From Bugula neritina (lineage: Eukaryota; Animalia; Bryozoa): DNA of 64,000 nt. Below are positions 15,701-28,800 of the stretch, in pieces. A program made the position numbers and the translations under genes. The DNA lies in the NCBI GenBank assembly GCA_964035545.1, contig OZ037767.1, forward strand, positions 31,760,628-31,824,627, given 5' to 3'. The stretch's first letter is position 1, and each line of letters opens with the position of its first letter. The notes beneath the pieces are model-generated. The model was not told where the DNA came from and did no database searches. It saw only the letters and a program-made list of their open reading frames with translations.

Positions 15701-17724
15701 GGTAATGTACTATATGTTATGTTATACGGTGTGTTACATACTATGCAGGTAATATTGTACTGTGTTTTCAGGCTCTTTGGTGACCGTCAGGTTGCCAGAT
15801 GCACTGAATGATTCAAACTGGAAGCCGGAAGGTGAAAAGAGATACATATTAGCTGACTATTTGTACTTCAGGCACAAAATTGAGGTGAGATTTATGTTCT
15901 CTCGTTCTATCAACACTTACACCTCTACATATCAACACATACACCTCTACATGTCAACACATACACCTCTACATGTCAACACATACACCTCTACATATCA
16001 ACACCTCTACATGTCAACACATACACCTCTACATGTCAACACATACACCTCTACATATCAACACATACACCTCTACATGTCAACACTTACACCTCTACAT
16101 ATCAACACATACAACTCAACATGTCAACACATACACCTCTACATGTCAACACATACACCTCTACATGTCAACACATACACCTCTACATGTCAACACATAC
16201 ACCTCTACATGTCAACACTTACACCTCTACATGTCAACACATACACCTCTACATATCAACACATACACCTCTACATATCAACACATACACCTCTACATAT
16301 CAACACATACACCTCTACATGTCAACACATACACCTCTACATGTCAACACATACACCTCTACATGTCAACACATACACCTCTACATATTAACACATACAC
16401 CTCTACATGTCAACACATACACCTCTACATGTCAACACATACACCTCTACATGTCAACACTTACACCTCTACATGTCAACACATACACCTCTACATGTCA
16501 ACACATACACCTCTACATATCAACACATACACCTCTACATGTCAACACATACACCTCTACATGCCAACACATATTATATCTATACCTATCAACACCTCTA
16601 CATGTCAACACATACACCTCTACATGTCAACACTTACACCTCTACATATCAACACATACACCTCTACATGTCAACACTTACACCTCTACATATCAACACA
16701 TACACCTCAACATATCAACACATACACCTCTACATGTCAACACATACACCTCTACATGTCAACACATACACCTCTACATGTCAACACTTACACCTCTACA
16801 TGTCAACACATACACCTCTACATATCAACACATACACCTCTACATATCAACACATACACCTCTACATATCAACACATACACCTCTACATGTCAACACATA
16901 CACCTCTACATGTCAACACATACACCTCTACATGTCAACACATACACCTCTACATATTAACACATACACCTCTACATGTCAACACATACACCTCTACATG
17001 TCAACACATACACCTCTACATGTCAACACATACACCTCAACATGTCAACACTTACACCTCTACATGTCAACACATACACCTCTACATGTCAACACATACA
17101 CCTCTACATATCAACACATACACCTCTACATGTCAACACTTACACCTCTACATGTCAACACATACACCTCTACATGTCAACACATACACCTCTACATGTC
17201 AGCACATACACCTCTACATGTCAACACATACACCTCTACATGTCAACACATACACCTCTACATGTCAACACTTACACCTCTACATGTCAACACATACACC
17301 TCTACATGTCAACACATACACCTCTACATATCAACACATACACCTCTACATGTCAACACTTACACCTCTACATGTCAACACATACACCTCTACATGTCAA
17401 CACATACACCTCTACATGTCAACACATACACCTCTACATGTCAACACATACACCTCTACATATCAACACATACACCTCTACATGTCAACATATACACCTC
17501 TACATGTCAACACATATATCTATACATATCAACACCTCTACATGGTACTAACACAGGTTCCAATAAGACAGATTGGAGACACTCTATACGTCAGAATATC
17601 CTGTCACATCTACAACCAGATGTCTGACTTTGAGAAGTTGTCTTCTGCCGTACTGAATATTTGTGAGAACAGAGATTCACTGGTAGATTACAACTCCAAG
17701 TTTAACCAGATTCCCACCGCGTAG
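12760..17724 (+). CDS. PLP-dependent aminotransferase class-V C-S lyase (L-cysteine desulfhydrase / hercynylcysteine sulfoxide lyase Egt2 / isopenicillin-N epimerase-like), paralogue A, 10 coding exons
   Basis: Exons about 12760-12840, 13420-13533, 13710-13775, 13983-14199, 14309-14403, 14674-14795, 15064-15398, 15596-15652, 15772-15884, 17557-17724, all GT-AG. Motifs FINHGALG, AIFDHIPSN, LIDGAHSLGQ, YVTNCHKWF (PLP lysine), YVRISCHIYN. Confidence 0.88.
12823..13163 (+). repeat. 31-bp intronic minisatellite copying the exon-1 end plus donor of paralogue A
   Basis: Unit TACCTCACAGTACCAGAG|GTTAGTAGTGTGT, about 11 copies. Confidence 0.95.
13222..13426 (+). repeat. 32-bp intronic minisatellite copying the acceptor plus first bases of exon 2
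   Basis: Unit TATAG|TCTGAGTTACATGGTATTATACGTATG; the real exon begins TAG|TCTGAGTAC at 13420. Confidence 0.93.
15908..17543 (+). repeat. 22-bp intronic minisatellite filling the last intron of paralogue A
   Basis: Unit CAACACATACACCTCTACAT(G/A)T; produces the spurious STHTPLHVNTY ORFs. Confidence 0.97.
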
Positions 17725-18588
17725 CCATAGCAACACATGCACTATTGTCAGTATGTTTTCTAAATTATTAGCTTGTGAAATTGCTGTAAATTTCAAGTTT
17801 AAAACATCCATTTAATATTTTTATCTTAATTAAATTTTGCGACTCACATTATTTTTGTTGGCTTCTTATTATTGAGATTATAAAAGAACTTCTGGTTGGT
17901 CGATTTTAAAGTCACTCGTAAGTTAGAGTTTATAACAATGGTTTCTTATTTCCTTTTACATATTTTTAATTTATGATGAGTTTTTTACTTTTATGATGAA
18001 ATATAATTCAATAGTAGCACAACACAATACAACATCCTCATTATTGTAGGGTTTCTGTCTGCAGTATTGATTTCCCGTACTGTGTTGCTGTCTATATAGT
18101 TTCTACTGTGAGCAGACGACCACTTCCTTGTCCAATGACTTCCACACTTACTTAGTAGTCAAGTTTATATTATAGCCAGGGAAATTCTAAGTATTGTGTC
18201 TTATTTTATTGATACATTTATTATTGTCAAAGCTTTACAAAACATGATAGTACATTTGGTTATCTGCTTTTACTAAATGTAGGTGACGAATATACATTTG
18301 GGGCGTACACATAATATTATAACATTATGCATTTAATTTATATATATTTAGAGTATATGTTGTAATACAAAATTGCATAAAAGGAAATGCATGTAAGCAA
18401 AGAATCTGAAAACTCAATTTAATTAAAGGCAACCTATACACAAATCCAATCGCTTCACAATACATGAATATTATTCAGCTAATATGTTTGACAAGGAAGC
18501 CACTATGTGCTTTAGACTCTACATTCTACAATATAGTCTAATGTTTCACAACCTGCAGCTGTTTCCAAGGCTATATGTGTTGCTATGG

Positions 18589-21500
18589 CTACGCGGTGGG
18601 AATCTGATTAAACTTGGAGTTGTAATCCACCAGAGAATCTCTGTTCTCACAAATATTCAGTACGGCAGAAGACAACTTCTCAAAGTCAGACATCTGGTTG
18701 TAGATGTGACAGGATATTCTAACGTATAGAGTGTCTCCAATCTGTCTTATTGGAACCTGTGTTAGTACCATGTAGAGGTGTTGATATGTATAGATATATG
18801 TGTTGACATGTAGAGGTGTATGTGTTGATATGTAGAGGTGTATGTGTTGACATGTAGAGGTGTATGTGTTGACATGTAGAGGTGTATGTGTTGATATGTA
18901 GAGGTGTATGTGTTGACATGTAGAGGTGTATGTGTTGACATGTAGAGGTGTATGTGTTGACATGTAGAGGTGTATGTGTTGATATGTAGAGGTGTATGTG
19001 TTGATATGTAGAGGTGTATGTGTTGATATGTAGAGGTGTAAGTGTTGACATGTAGAGGTGTATGTGTTGATATGTAGAGATGTAGGTGTTGACATGTAGA
19101 GGTGTAAGTGTTGACATGTAGAGGTGTAAGTGTTGACATGTAGAGGTGTATGTGTTGACATGTAGAGGTGTATGTGTTGATATGTAGAGGTGTATGTGTT
19201 GATATGTAGAGGTCTATACGTGTTGATATGTAGAGGTGTATGTGTTGATATGTAGAGGTGTATGTGTTGACATGTAGAGGTGTATGTGTTGACATGTAGA
19301 GGTGTATGTGTTGACATGTAGAGGTGTATGTGTTGATATGTAGAGGTGTATGCGTTGATATGTAGAGGTGTTGATAGGTATAGATATAATATGTGTTGGC
19401 ATGTAGAGGTGTATGTGTTGACATGTAGAGGTGTATGTGTTGATATGTAGAGGTGTTGTTATGTATAGATACATGTGTTGACATGTAGAGGTGTATGTGT
19501 TGATATGTAGAGGTGTATGTGTTGATATGTAGAGGTGTATGTGTTGATATGTAGAGGTGTATGTGTTGATATGTAGAGGTGTATGTGTTGACATGTAGAG
19601 GTGTATGTGTTGACATGTAGAGGTGTATGTGTTGACATGTAGAGGTGTATGTGCTGATATGTAGAGGTGTATGCGTTGATATGTAATTCTAAAATGTATT
19701 AAAATATTACCTCGATTTTGTGCACAAAATATAGACAGTCTACAATGAGATCTAATTTTACTCCTGCTGGTTTCCATGCCTTGTCATTTAGAGGTTGAGG
19801 TAGCTTGATTACGGCCATCATCCCTACAGCATATTTCTGCATATTTATTACCTACAGTAGCATAGTAACTAGGGCCATCATCCCTACAGCATATTTCTGT
19901 ATGTTTATTACCTACAGTAGCATAGTCGCCAGGGCCATCATCCCTACAGCATATTTCTGCATATTTATTACCTACAGTAGCATAGTAACTAGGGCCATCA
20001 TCCCTACAGCATATTTCTGTATGTTTATTACATGCAGCATAGTCGCCAGGGCCATCATCTTTGTAATATATTTAGCCTTGAGCAAAGAAGCAGAATTAGA
20101 CTTACCCAACATACTTTCAGGATACACTGGCTCTACATTCCACGCCTTGCAACACATCCTGACTAAAATAATGTCATTGTATTATGATATAACATATAAG
20201 TATATATAATATGATATATAAATATGATGTATATAATATAAACTTATAGTATAGACTATAGATACTACCTGCTTGTTTCACAGTGGCTGAACAGTATGAC
20301 CTGATGACATCACCACCAACAGTTCTCCAGAAGTTCAGAGTTGATAACAGAGAAACATACTGACTGTAGTATTGAGTACCAGACCAACCAAACTCTGCCA
20401 TAAACCCCCTGTTGTACCCCCACGATACAACCAAAGGCTTTATCCGCTCCTGTAACTCCTTTCTAACATAAGCTATGGCCGAGCCTCTGGTATTACAGAA
20501 CCACTTGTGACAGTTTGTGACGTAGAAGTCCGCCCCGTAAGAACTGACATTGATGTCTAGCTGACCAAGAGAGTGAGCTCCATCTATTAGCACAAGGATG
20601 TCTCTACAGGTCAATGAGATGTATATTTACAAATGTTGTGATTTGAACAGTATATACAGGTGAGTTAATGAAGATGTGTGAACAATGACAATTAGAGATA
20701 GAAGCCACTTCGAATAATATTATTTGAAATAGTCACATGGGTAAATCAGTTACAATAACAAACATAACTGTAACACATGACACTCTGGGGCAGTGACATT
20801 GATATGTGTCCCTGTGACAGACAGTATTGCGTCAGAGTGTTACATGACACTGTAGCACATGTCACTGTGTCACATGACATTGTGACACATGGCACTGTAA
20901 CACATGTGACTCTGACATATGTCACTGTGATATATGACACTGTGACACATGGGACTCTGACATATGTCACTGTGATATGTGACACATGTCAGCATTACCT
21001 CTCTTTGCACAGTTCCACCAGCTTTGTGACAGGCATGATGAAAGCTGTATTTGTTGGGATATGATCAAATATTGCCAACTTTACATCCTTCTGCAGGGCA
21101 TCTCTAATTGTATCTATAATCTTACATTATATTACACAGCATGTATAATCGTATTACATGACATGTATAATATATTACACAACATGTATAATTATATTAC
21201 ACAACATGTATAATTATATTACACAACATGTATAATAATATATTACATAACATTTATACATATATTACATAACACGCATATATGTCATAAAAATGAACCT
21301 GTAGTGGGCCAGTGACTGGTAAATTGATATCTATTTTACGATGGGTAGCTCCGGTCATCTCACACACTCTGTCGACAGCGAAACCGACAGCACCTGCAAG
21401 TTGAATTATTAGCGTAGATATAAATATTATGTAATACACTAAGTATAAACTATAGAGAAAATGAACTGTATTGAGAGTAAGTATAATATAATATACTTAC

Positions 21501-22928
21501 TATAACCTATATTCAGAGTAAGTATAATATAATATACTTACTATAACCTATATTCAGAGTAAGTATAATATAATATACTTACTATAACCTATATTCAGAG
21601 TAAGTATAATATAATATACTTACCATAACCTATACTCAGAGTAAGTATAATATAATATACTTACTACAACCTATATTCAGAGTAAGTATAATATAATATA
21701 CTTACCATAACCTATATTCAGAGTAAGTATAATATAATATACTTACTACAACCTATATTCAGAGTAAGTATAATATAATATACTTACTATAACCTATATT
21801 CAGAGTAAGTATAATATAATATACTTACCATAACCTATATTGAGTGTAAGTATACTATAATATACTTACTATAACCTATATTCAGAGTAAGTATAATATA
21901 ATATACTTACCATAACCTATATTGAGTGTAAGTATAACATCTTTAGCCGTAAACGGTAAACTCTTCAATATAGTGTTTATTCCTGAAGTGCAGTTTTCAG
22001 TTAGAAATATGTCAAGCGGGTCACAACCCATAAAATCAGCCATATTTCTTTTAACGTGTGCCAAAAGAGGGAGAAGTTCACGATCTTTAGCTCGCAGAGG
22101 TTGACTGTCCATATATCTCTCAAATTCCTTTATAAATTCACCTCAAGTAGTATATAAGTATTAAATAGTAATATAGAATATTTTATAGAATAATATAATA
22201 TAATATTTGATGGAATAATATATTATAATAACTTTTGCAACAATATAATAGAATATATATTATAACTTCATGATAAAGTTACTCATACATGCATTGTGCA
22301 AAAAAATGATAAAAATTATTTAACCTAAACTGGAGAACTAAAGCTAAAGTACTACTATGTGGGGGGGGGGTACTCACCTGAGCCATGTTGAGAGATGCTT
22401 TAAGAGCGCAGCCAGCAGCTCCATGATTCAGAAAAGTGAACTCCTAACAAAAGGAAATTATAAACAAGGTTAGTTGCTCCACCAGAAAGATATTCACTGA
22501 GCTGGACAGAGCCCATGACGATTTTACAGTAATTTGTAAAAACTTATGCCAACGTAATTCTATGGTACAGGGTCAAAAATTAGCCTGCCAAGTCCCATTA
22601 TAATGGAGATAGAAATCTGATAACAGAGCTCTACAGCAGACCTCTGTGAGAAAAAAATAATTTTTCCAACTCGCTCCAAACTGGTATTCCTGAAGAGCTT
22701 CAAGTTCTTTGAACGTTGGCACTGGAACAGGAAAGGGGGGCGGACTGTAATCATCCTGGAAATATGCAAGATATTATAAAGTGTCATGGCTAGAGACGAA
22801 AGAAACTTGAAAAGAGTGATTTGTGATTGTAGAGATTGAAAAGATACCTCTGAAGCTGTGAGATATCTATGATTGTTAGCCAGATGTAGGTATATGCTTC
22901 CTCTTCCTGAGTACTCTTTCAGATCCAT
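18589..22928 (-). CDS. PLP-dependent class-V C-S lyase, paralogue B (convergent with A), same 10-exon structure
   Basis: Exon-by-exon homology to A: MDLKEYSG..ASE (22928-22848), DDYSPPPFPVPVPTFKELE, EFTFLNHGAAG, MDSQPLRAKDRE, GAVGFAVDRVC, AIFDHIPTN, LIDGAH..NCHKWF, CKAWNVEPVYPE, GMMAVIKLP..HKIE, VPIRQIG..PTA stop. Confidence 0.88.
18770..19685 (-). repeat. 22-bp intronic minisatellite, same unit as 15908-17543 in inverted orientation
   Basis: Unit ACATGTAGAGGTGTATGTGTTG. Confidence 0.97.
19812..20058 (-). repeat. 60-bp intronic repeat (about 4 copies) copying the acceptor plus exon start of paralogue B
   Basis: On the minus strand the copies contain CTGTAG|GGATGATGGCC, the true junction of the GMMAVIK exon. 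Confidence 0.92.
21474..21935 (-). repeat. 41-bp intronic minisatellite copying the exon end plus donor of paralogue B
   Basis: Unit GAGTAAGTATAATATAATATACTTAC(C/T)ATAACCTATATTCA; the minus strand reads AATATAGGTTATG|GTAAGT. Confidence 0.95.
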
Positions 22929-25872
22929 TTGATATCTAAAATAGCATAGCTGTTATGGTGGGTTTTTAACAATTTGGAGTATCGTCAACTCACCGAATAA
23001 TATATATATATTGATGCCTTGGGGTGAGCTCGGGGTCGGTGTGAAGTTACGGGTTAATGGCTTGGCTGCGAGGTAACTCCAGCTCCTGCCCGTCTGGTAG
23101 GGGTGAAGTTGAGACTCCGGGTTAGAGTAGTTGGCTGGTGGTGCTCCTCAGTCTGTGATCCTGGGCTAGCATTCACTAACGTACTCTAACACATTTTAAT
23201 TGGGTCGCATACATTCTACACAATATCCTCAATCGTTTTTCAATCAGTCTCAAGTCCCCCAAATCTACCATTTACACTAGTCTTTATAGCTACAACACTC
23301 ACACAAGCCACACCCACACTATATCCAATATTTATGTCAAACTTAGAGTTGTGCACCCCACACACATGCAACAACAAGAGATGACAACTACACATACTTA
23401 TAAATCCCAATACACCATAGCTAACTGTGCTGGGTGCAGGATTGCTGCATTGAATCAAATATGATAGTTTCAATTTGAATAACAGTTCCATAAGTGGATA
23501 TGACTATAGACAGTGTTTAACAAGTTATCATTTTAAAACACTTTTGTTTGAACTGTACTACACTAACTTATCTTTATTGTTCTTAGTTCAAAGACTATTT
23601 CTAATCCACCAGCTCAATTTCTTACTTTGATTTTGCCTATTACCGAGGTCCTGATGCTGTTAGTATATTGAGCCTAAAGTTATGAAGTCAAATGGTTAAC
23701 GGGATTGACGTAAGAGATATCAATTAAACACTAAAATTTCATCTGAAAGTTTTATTAATATTGATATTCTGTCATATCCATTGTGATTGTCACTATGGCT
23801 ATGAGTATGAGTATGGCTTTCACAATATTCTTAATTTATTACTATTAATAAAACTATTAGTAACAACTATTCATACTAATAATATTGTTTTACATGTCCT
23901 AATATAATGCTCAAGGTTTTTTCAACTCTGATTCATGAATTTAAAATTTTTCTGCTTCATTACCAGCCAAGTTAGTTTGGTTTTTCGGGTCACGCCCCTT
24001 TATTATTGCACGAGATTCAAATTTATTGAAAGATGTTTGCTTTGAACAGGCATCGTTTTTACGCGAGGTTGTATAATACCGCACGATAAAGAGTCAACAT
24101 AATTATGTAATATGTAATATCGCTATACACAACCAGGATACATGGCTATTGTAACGAGCCAACTGTCTTTTCTTTAAAACATGTTCGCTTTAGCCAATGT
24201 GTTATAGTACCAGTAGTTGAATATTATAAAATTAAATATTATTTTAATTATAATATCTAGCGCGCGCTCTACCTGATTATAGTTATATAGCTAATAGTAA
24301 TGCTAGGTATATGTCTTGTCTCGTGCTAGGTTTGATTTTATTAACCCTAAACAGTAAATGCCCTTTAGTTATCATAATGATTCTGATAATCATAATCATA
24401 ATGATAATGATAATGTCTAAAACCTAAGGCCAAAAGTAAAATAAAAATAAAGGCTAAAGCTAAAGGCAAAGTTTTGAAATAAAAGCTCTACACCTACTAC
24501 TAGTATTTAGTATTTACTAATACTAGAATCTTGACTTACTTGAAGATGCAATCACGTTAGACCACTAGATTAGTGTAAGCGACGTGCCTCGTTTGGTGAA
24601 CAGAATTATTAAATGTAGTTAATGCTTTTATCGCATAAGTGCAGTTCTGTTTTAAGACTTTGGTGCCAGTACAGGGCCTTATGAGTCCTGTCTGTGAGCA
24701 GCATTTGATGTTATTTTCATATCACGTATTGTTCTGGGTAGGAAGCTGGCATGAAATGGTGAGGTGTTGATCCTAAAAGTTTATTTAATAAATAAAAGTG
24801 ATAAACACAAACTTCAAGTATGGCTATTACTATTAGACTTAGTATTACTGTTAGTATTAGTATTAAATTTAAAATAGAAGTTTAAAATCGTACTGATAGT
24901 CATAGTGAGAGTGATACTCATAGAGACATATTGGTAGTCATACCCGTACTCATAGTCATAGCATTGGGATTGTTATTAGCGCCAGTTTTACTTTTTAATT
25001 TTTGTGAAACTAATAATTAAAGTATTCGGTCAAGTATAAAATCAACTATACCTAATGTTATGCTGATAATTATACTTATACTTATAGTCAATAATGATAG
25101 TCTACCAGTTTACTGTTTAGTGTAAGTATAACTATTACCATATCTATAACCTATATAAGTATAAGATACAGAGTTAAGGGTACGACTCAGTCTAATAGTA
25201 ATAATTATAAATGTTATAGTAAATCGAAATGTAGCAGTAATACTGATAGTCATAGTAATACTCTTAATCATACTGCTACTGAAAGTTTAATACAGTTGCA
25301 CTTAGTCTCACTTATACTGCTAAGTGCTATACCTTTGCTAACACTCATACTTTTATTTTTATAGTTATAATTTTATACTTATAGTACTACTACTACTAGT
25401 AGAACTATAAGTATAACCATTGGTTTACAATTTGTGTTAGACTGTTACATATTACTTATTAGGTATTAGTATTACTATAGATATAAAACTATTGGTATTA
25501 TTACTAATGCCATGTCTATTACTATTGCAAATATAAGTATAAGTGTTTTCATTATTACTTGAACGTTATAATTTATTACTATATCAATATGAATATGTCA
25601 TATGATAATGTCCAACCCTTATGATTACTCTGAGACTTCAACTCATGGAAATTATAGATAGGCCTGAATATTTCATTAGTGGTTAGCAACAGTTTACTTG
25701 TAGTTATGCTTACAGTCATAGCTCAAATATTAACATATTGCAATAAATAGAAACTGGAAAAATGGCGTTGATAAAATACGAATAAAGTGTGTTTTCATTA
25801 GCATACTGTAATAATGCTGAATATTAACCTGTCAGGGAAAGCAACAACAGCCACAGCAGGTTATGCGCAGTG

Positions 25873-28800
25873 ATGGACCTTTTAACCCGAACTAGTTTGA
25901 CCAAAGAGGTTCGGGCAATATTGGACTCTACACCTCAAACACTGAGCTCTCATCAGATTGAGCAGGACTACCGGTATGTGTACTATTATACTCTGTATTA
26001 GATGTACTATATGTACTATCTACTATATGTACTATCTACTAGATGTACTATATGTACTCTGTATTAGATGTACTATATGTACTATCTACTAGATGTACTA
26101 TCTACTAGATGTACTATATGTACTCTGTATTAGATGTACTATATGTACTCTGTATTAGATGTACTATATGTACTATCTACTAGATGTACTATATGTACTC
26201 TGTATTAGATGTACTATATGTACTATCTACTAGATGTACTATCTACTAGATGTACTATATATATTCTGTACTAAATGTACTATATGTACTATCTACTATA
26301 TGTACTATCTACTAGATGTACTATATGTACTCTGTATTAGATGTACTATATGTACTATCTACTATATGTACTATCTACTAGATGTACTATATGTACTCTG
26401 TATTAGATGTACTATATGTACTATCTACTAGATGTACTATCTACTAGATGTACTATATGTACTCTGTATTAGATGTACTATATGTACTATCTACTAGATG
26501 TACTATCTACTAGATGTACTATATGTACTCTGTATTAGATGTACTATATGTACTATTTACTAGATGTACTATCTACTAGATGTACTATATATATTCTGTA
26601 CTAAATGTACTATATGTACTATCTACTATATGTACTATCTACTAGATGTACTATATGTACTCTGTATTAGATGTACTATATGTACTATCTACTAGATGTA
26701 CTATCTACTAGATGTACTATCTACTAGATGTACTATATATATTCTGTACTAAATGTACTATATGTACTATCTACTAGATGTACTATCTACTAGATGTACT
26801 ATATGTACTCTGTAGTATGTTGCTGAAAATTCTTGTAGAAACTTGTGTGGTAAGTCACTGAAAGAGTCGTGCAGGAAGTTGGGGTTCAAGGACACTGACA
26901 GCTTTCTGGTTGCGATAAGTAAAGACAATGCTGTTACTTTAGAGCATGCTCCTGGTGGGGGTTACCAGTATAGTGCAGGGGTAAGTATATATGTTATGTA
27001 TAGTGCAGGGGTAAGTGTATATGTTATGTATAGTGCAGGGGTAAGTATATATGTTATGTATAGTGCAGGGGTAAGTGTATATGTTATGTATAGTGCAGGG
27101 GTAAGTATATATGTTATGTATAGTGCAGGGGTAAGTGTATATGTTATGTATAGTGCAGGGGTAAGTGTATATGTTATGTATAGTGCAGGGGTAAGTATAT
27201 ATTACAAAGTAAGTATATATTATGAGGTAAGTGTATATTACGATGTAAGTGTATTACTTACAGATTGCCGACAGCTCCACGAGTCACATTCAAGATTTAG
27301 TAAAAAAACAATCGACTGGTAAAAAGAGGGGTGCGCCGAGGGGGCCCAGCAGTGGTGGATTTCAACGAGGGAAAGCCAATAACTCTAACAGATGGGCGTC
27401 ATCACGGCAACAGCCCACGCCTCAGCTATCCAAGTCGGTGAAACAGAATGTTATCTCTTTGTTAAAAGAGAAGAAACATGAGATCCATCTATCCAACCTG
27501 ATCAACTTATACCACAGCAGATATGGCTCTAGCCTCAACTACAGAACATTTGGATTTCTTTCTTTAAGACAAGCAATTAGGTCTGTGTGTTTGTATAATC
27601 TGTACCTCATTCATTTCCCTGTATGCCGTCAGAATTTCCCTGTGAAGCAGCAACGATGCATGCCCACACCCAGTTTTGTCATGGTTATGTTCATCTTGAT
27701 CTGTGACCGACACAACATTTAACTGACTGGGTATCTGTTACTGACACAACATCTAACTGACTGGGTATCCGTGACTGACACAACATTTAACTGACTGGGT
27801 ATCTGTGACTGACACAACATTTAACTGACTGGGTATCTGTGACTGACACAACATCTAACTGACCAGATATCTGTGACTGACACAACATCTAACTAACTGG
27901 GTATCTGTGACTGACACAACATCTAACTGACTGGATATCTGTGACTTTTGTAGCTCCATAGAGGAAGTAGAGATGACTCAGAATGCTGCCTATGTAACCA
28001 TTCGCTGTCATACCACCGGTGAGTCATAATCTACATGTCTATCTGTTATATACTCTATACTCTATCTATATGTTTTGCACTCTATACATCTATATATTTG
28101 TCTATGTATGCTCTACACTCTCCAGTCTATACATCTATATATCTGTCTATGTATGCTCTACACTCTCTAGTCTATACATCTATATATCTGTCTATGTATG
28201 CTCTACACTCTCTAGTCTATACATCTATATATCTGTCTATATATGCTCTACACTCCCTAGTATATACATCTATATATCTGTCTATGTATGCTCTACACTC
28301 TCTAGTCTATACATCTATCTATCTGACTATGTATGCTCTACACTCCCTAGTCTATACATCTATATATCCGTCTATGTATGCTCTACACTCCCTAGTCTAT
28401 ACATCTATATATCCGTCTATGTATGCTCTACACTCCCTAGTCTAAACATCTATATATCTGTCTATGTATGCTCTACACTCTCTAGTCTATACATCTATAT
28501 ATCTGTCTATGTATGCTCTACACTCCCTAGTCTATACATCTATATATCTGTCTATGTATGCTCTACACTCCCTAGTCTATACATCTATATATTTGTCTAT
28601 GTATGCTCTACACTCCCTAGTCTAAACATCTATATATCTGTCTATGTATGCTCTACTTGTAGCTCCACTCATCACATCAGCGAGTGTGGAGAATGTCCGG
28701 CAAAAGCTGAAGGACGATATCAGAAAGGTAGGCTATACACTATATGATTGCTATCAGTGTACTGTATAGCAGGTAGATTGCTATCAGTGTACTATATAGC

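Noticed and set aside
15762-19777. Long His/Thr/Tyr-rich ORFs (up to 583 aa) in all three frames
   Set aside because: Translations of a stop-free 22-bp intronic repeat between clear GT and AG sites. Retaining the intron in A reaches a stop at 16391.
12760-22928. Paralogue pair as a false haplotypic duplication
   Set aside because: Eight of ten exons and most introns are too diverged for alleles, and the orientation is inverted.
12760-22928. Bacterial contamination or recent horizontal transfer of the lyase genes
   Set aside because: Both have nine shared spliceosomal introns with host-type arrays. An ancient transfer cannot be judged without a phylogeny.
23015-23180. GC-richer island next to a (TA)n run, possible SINE or ncRNA
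   Set aside because: No convincing A/B boxes, cloverleaf, TSD or second copy in the window.
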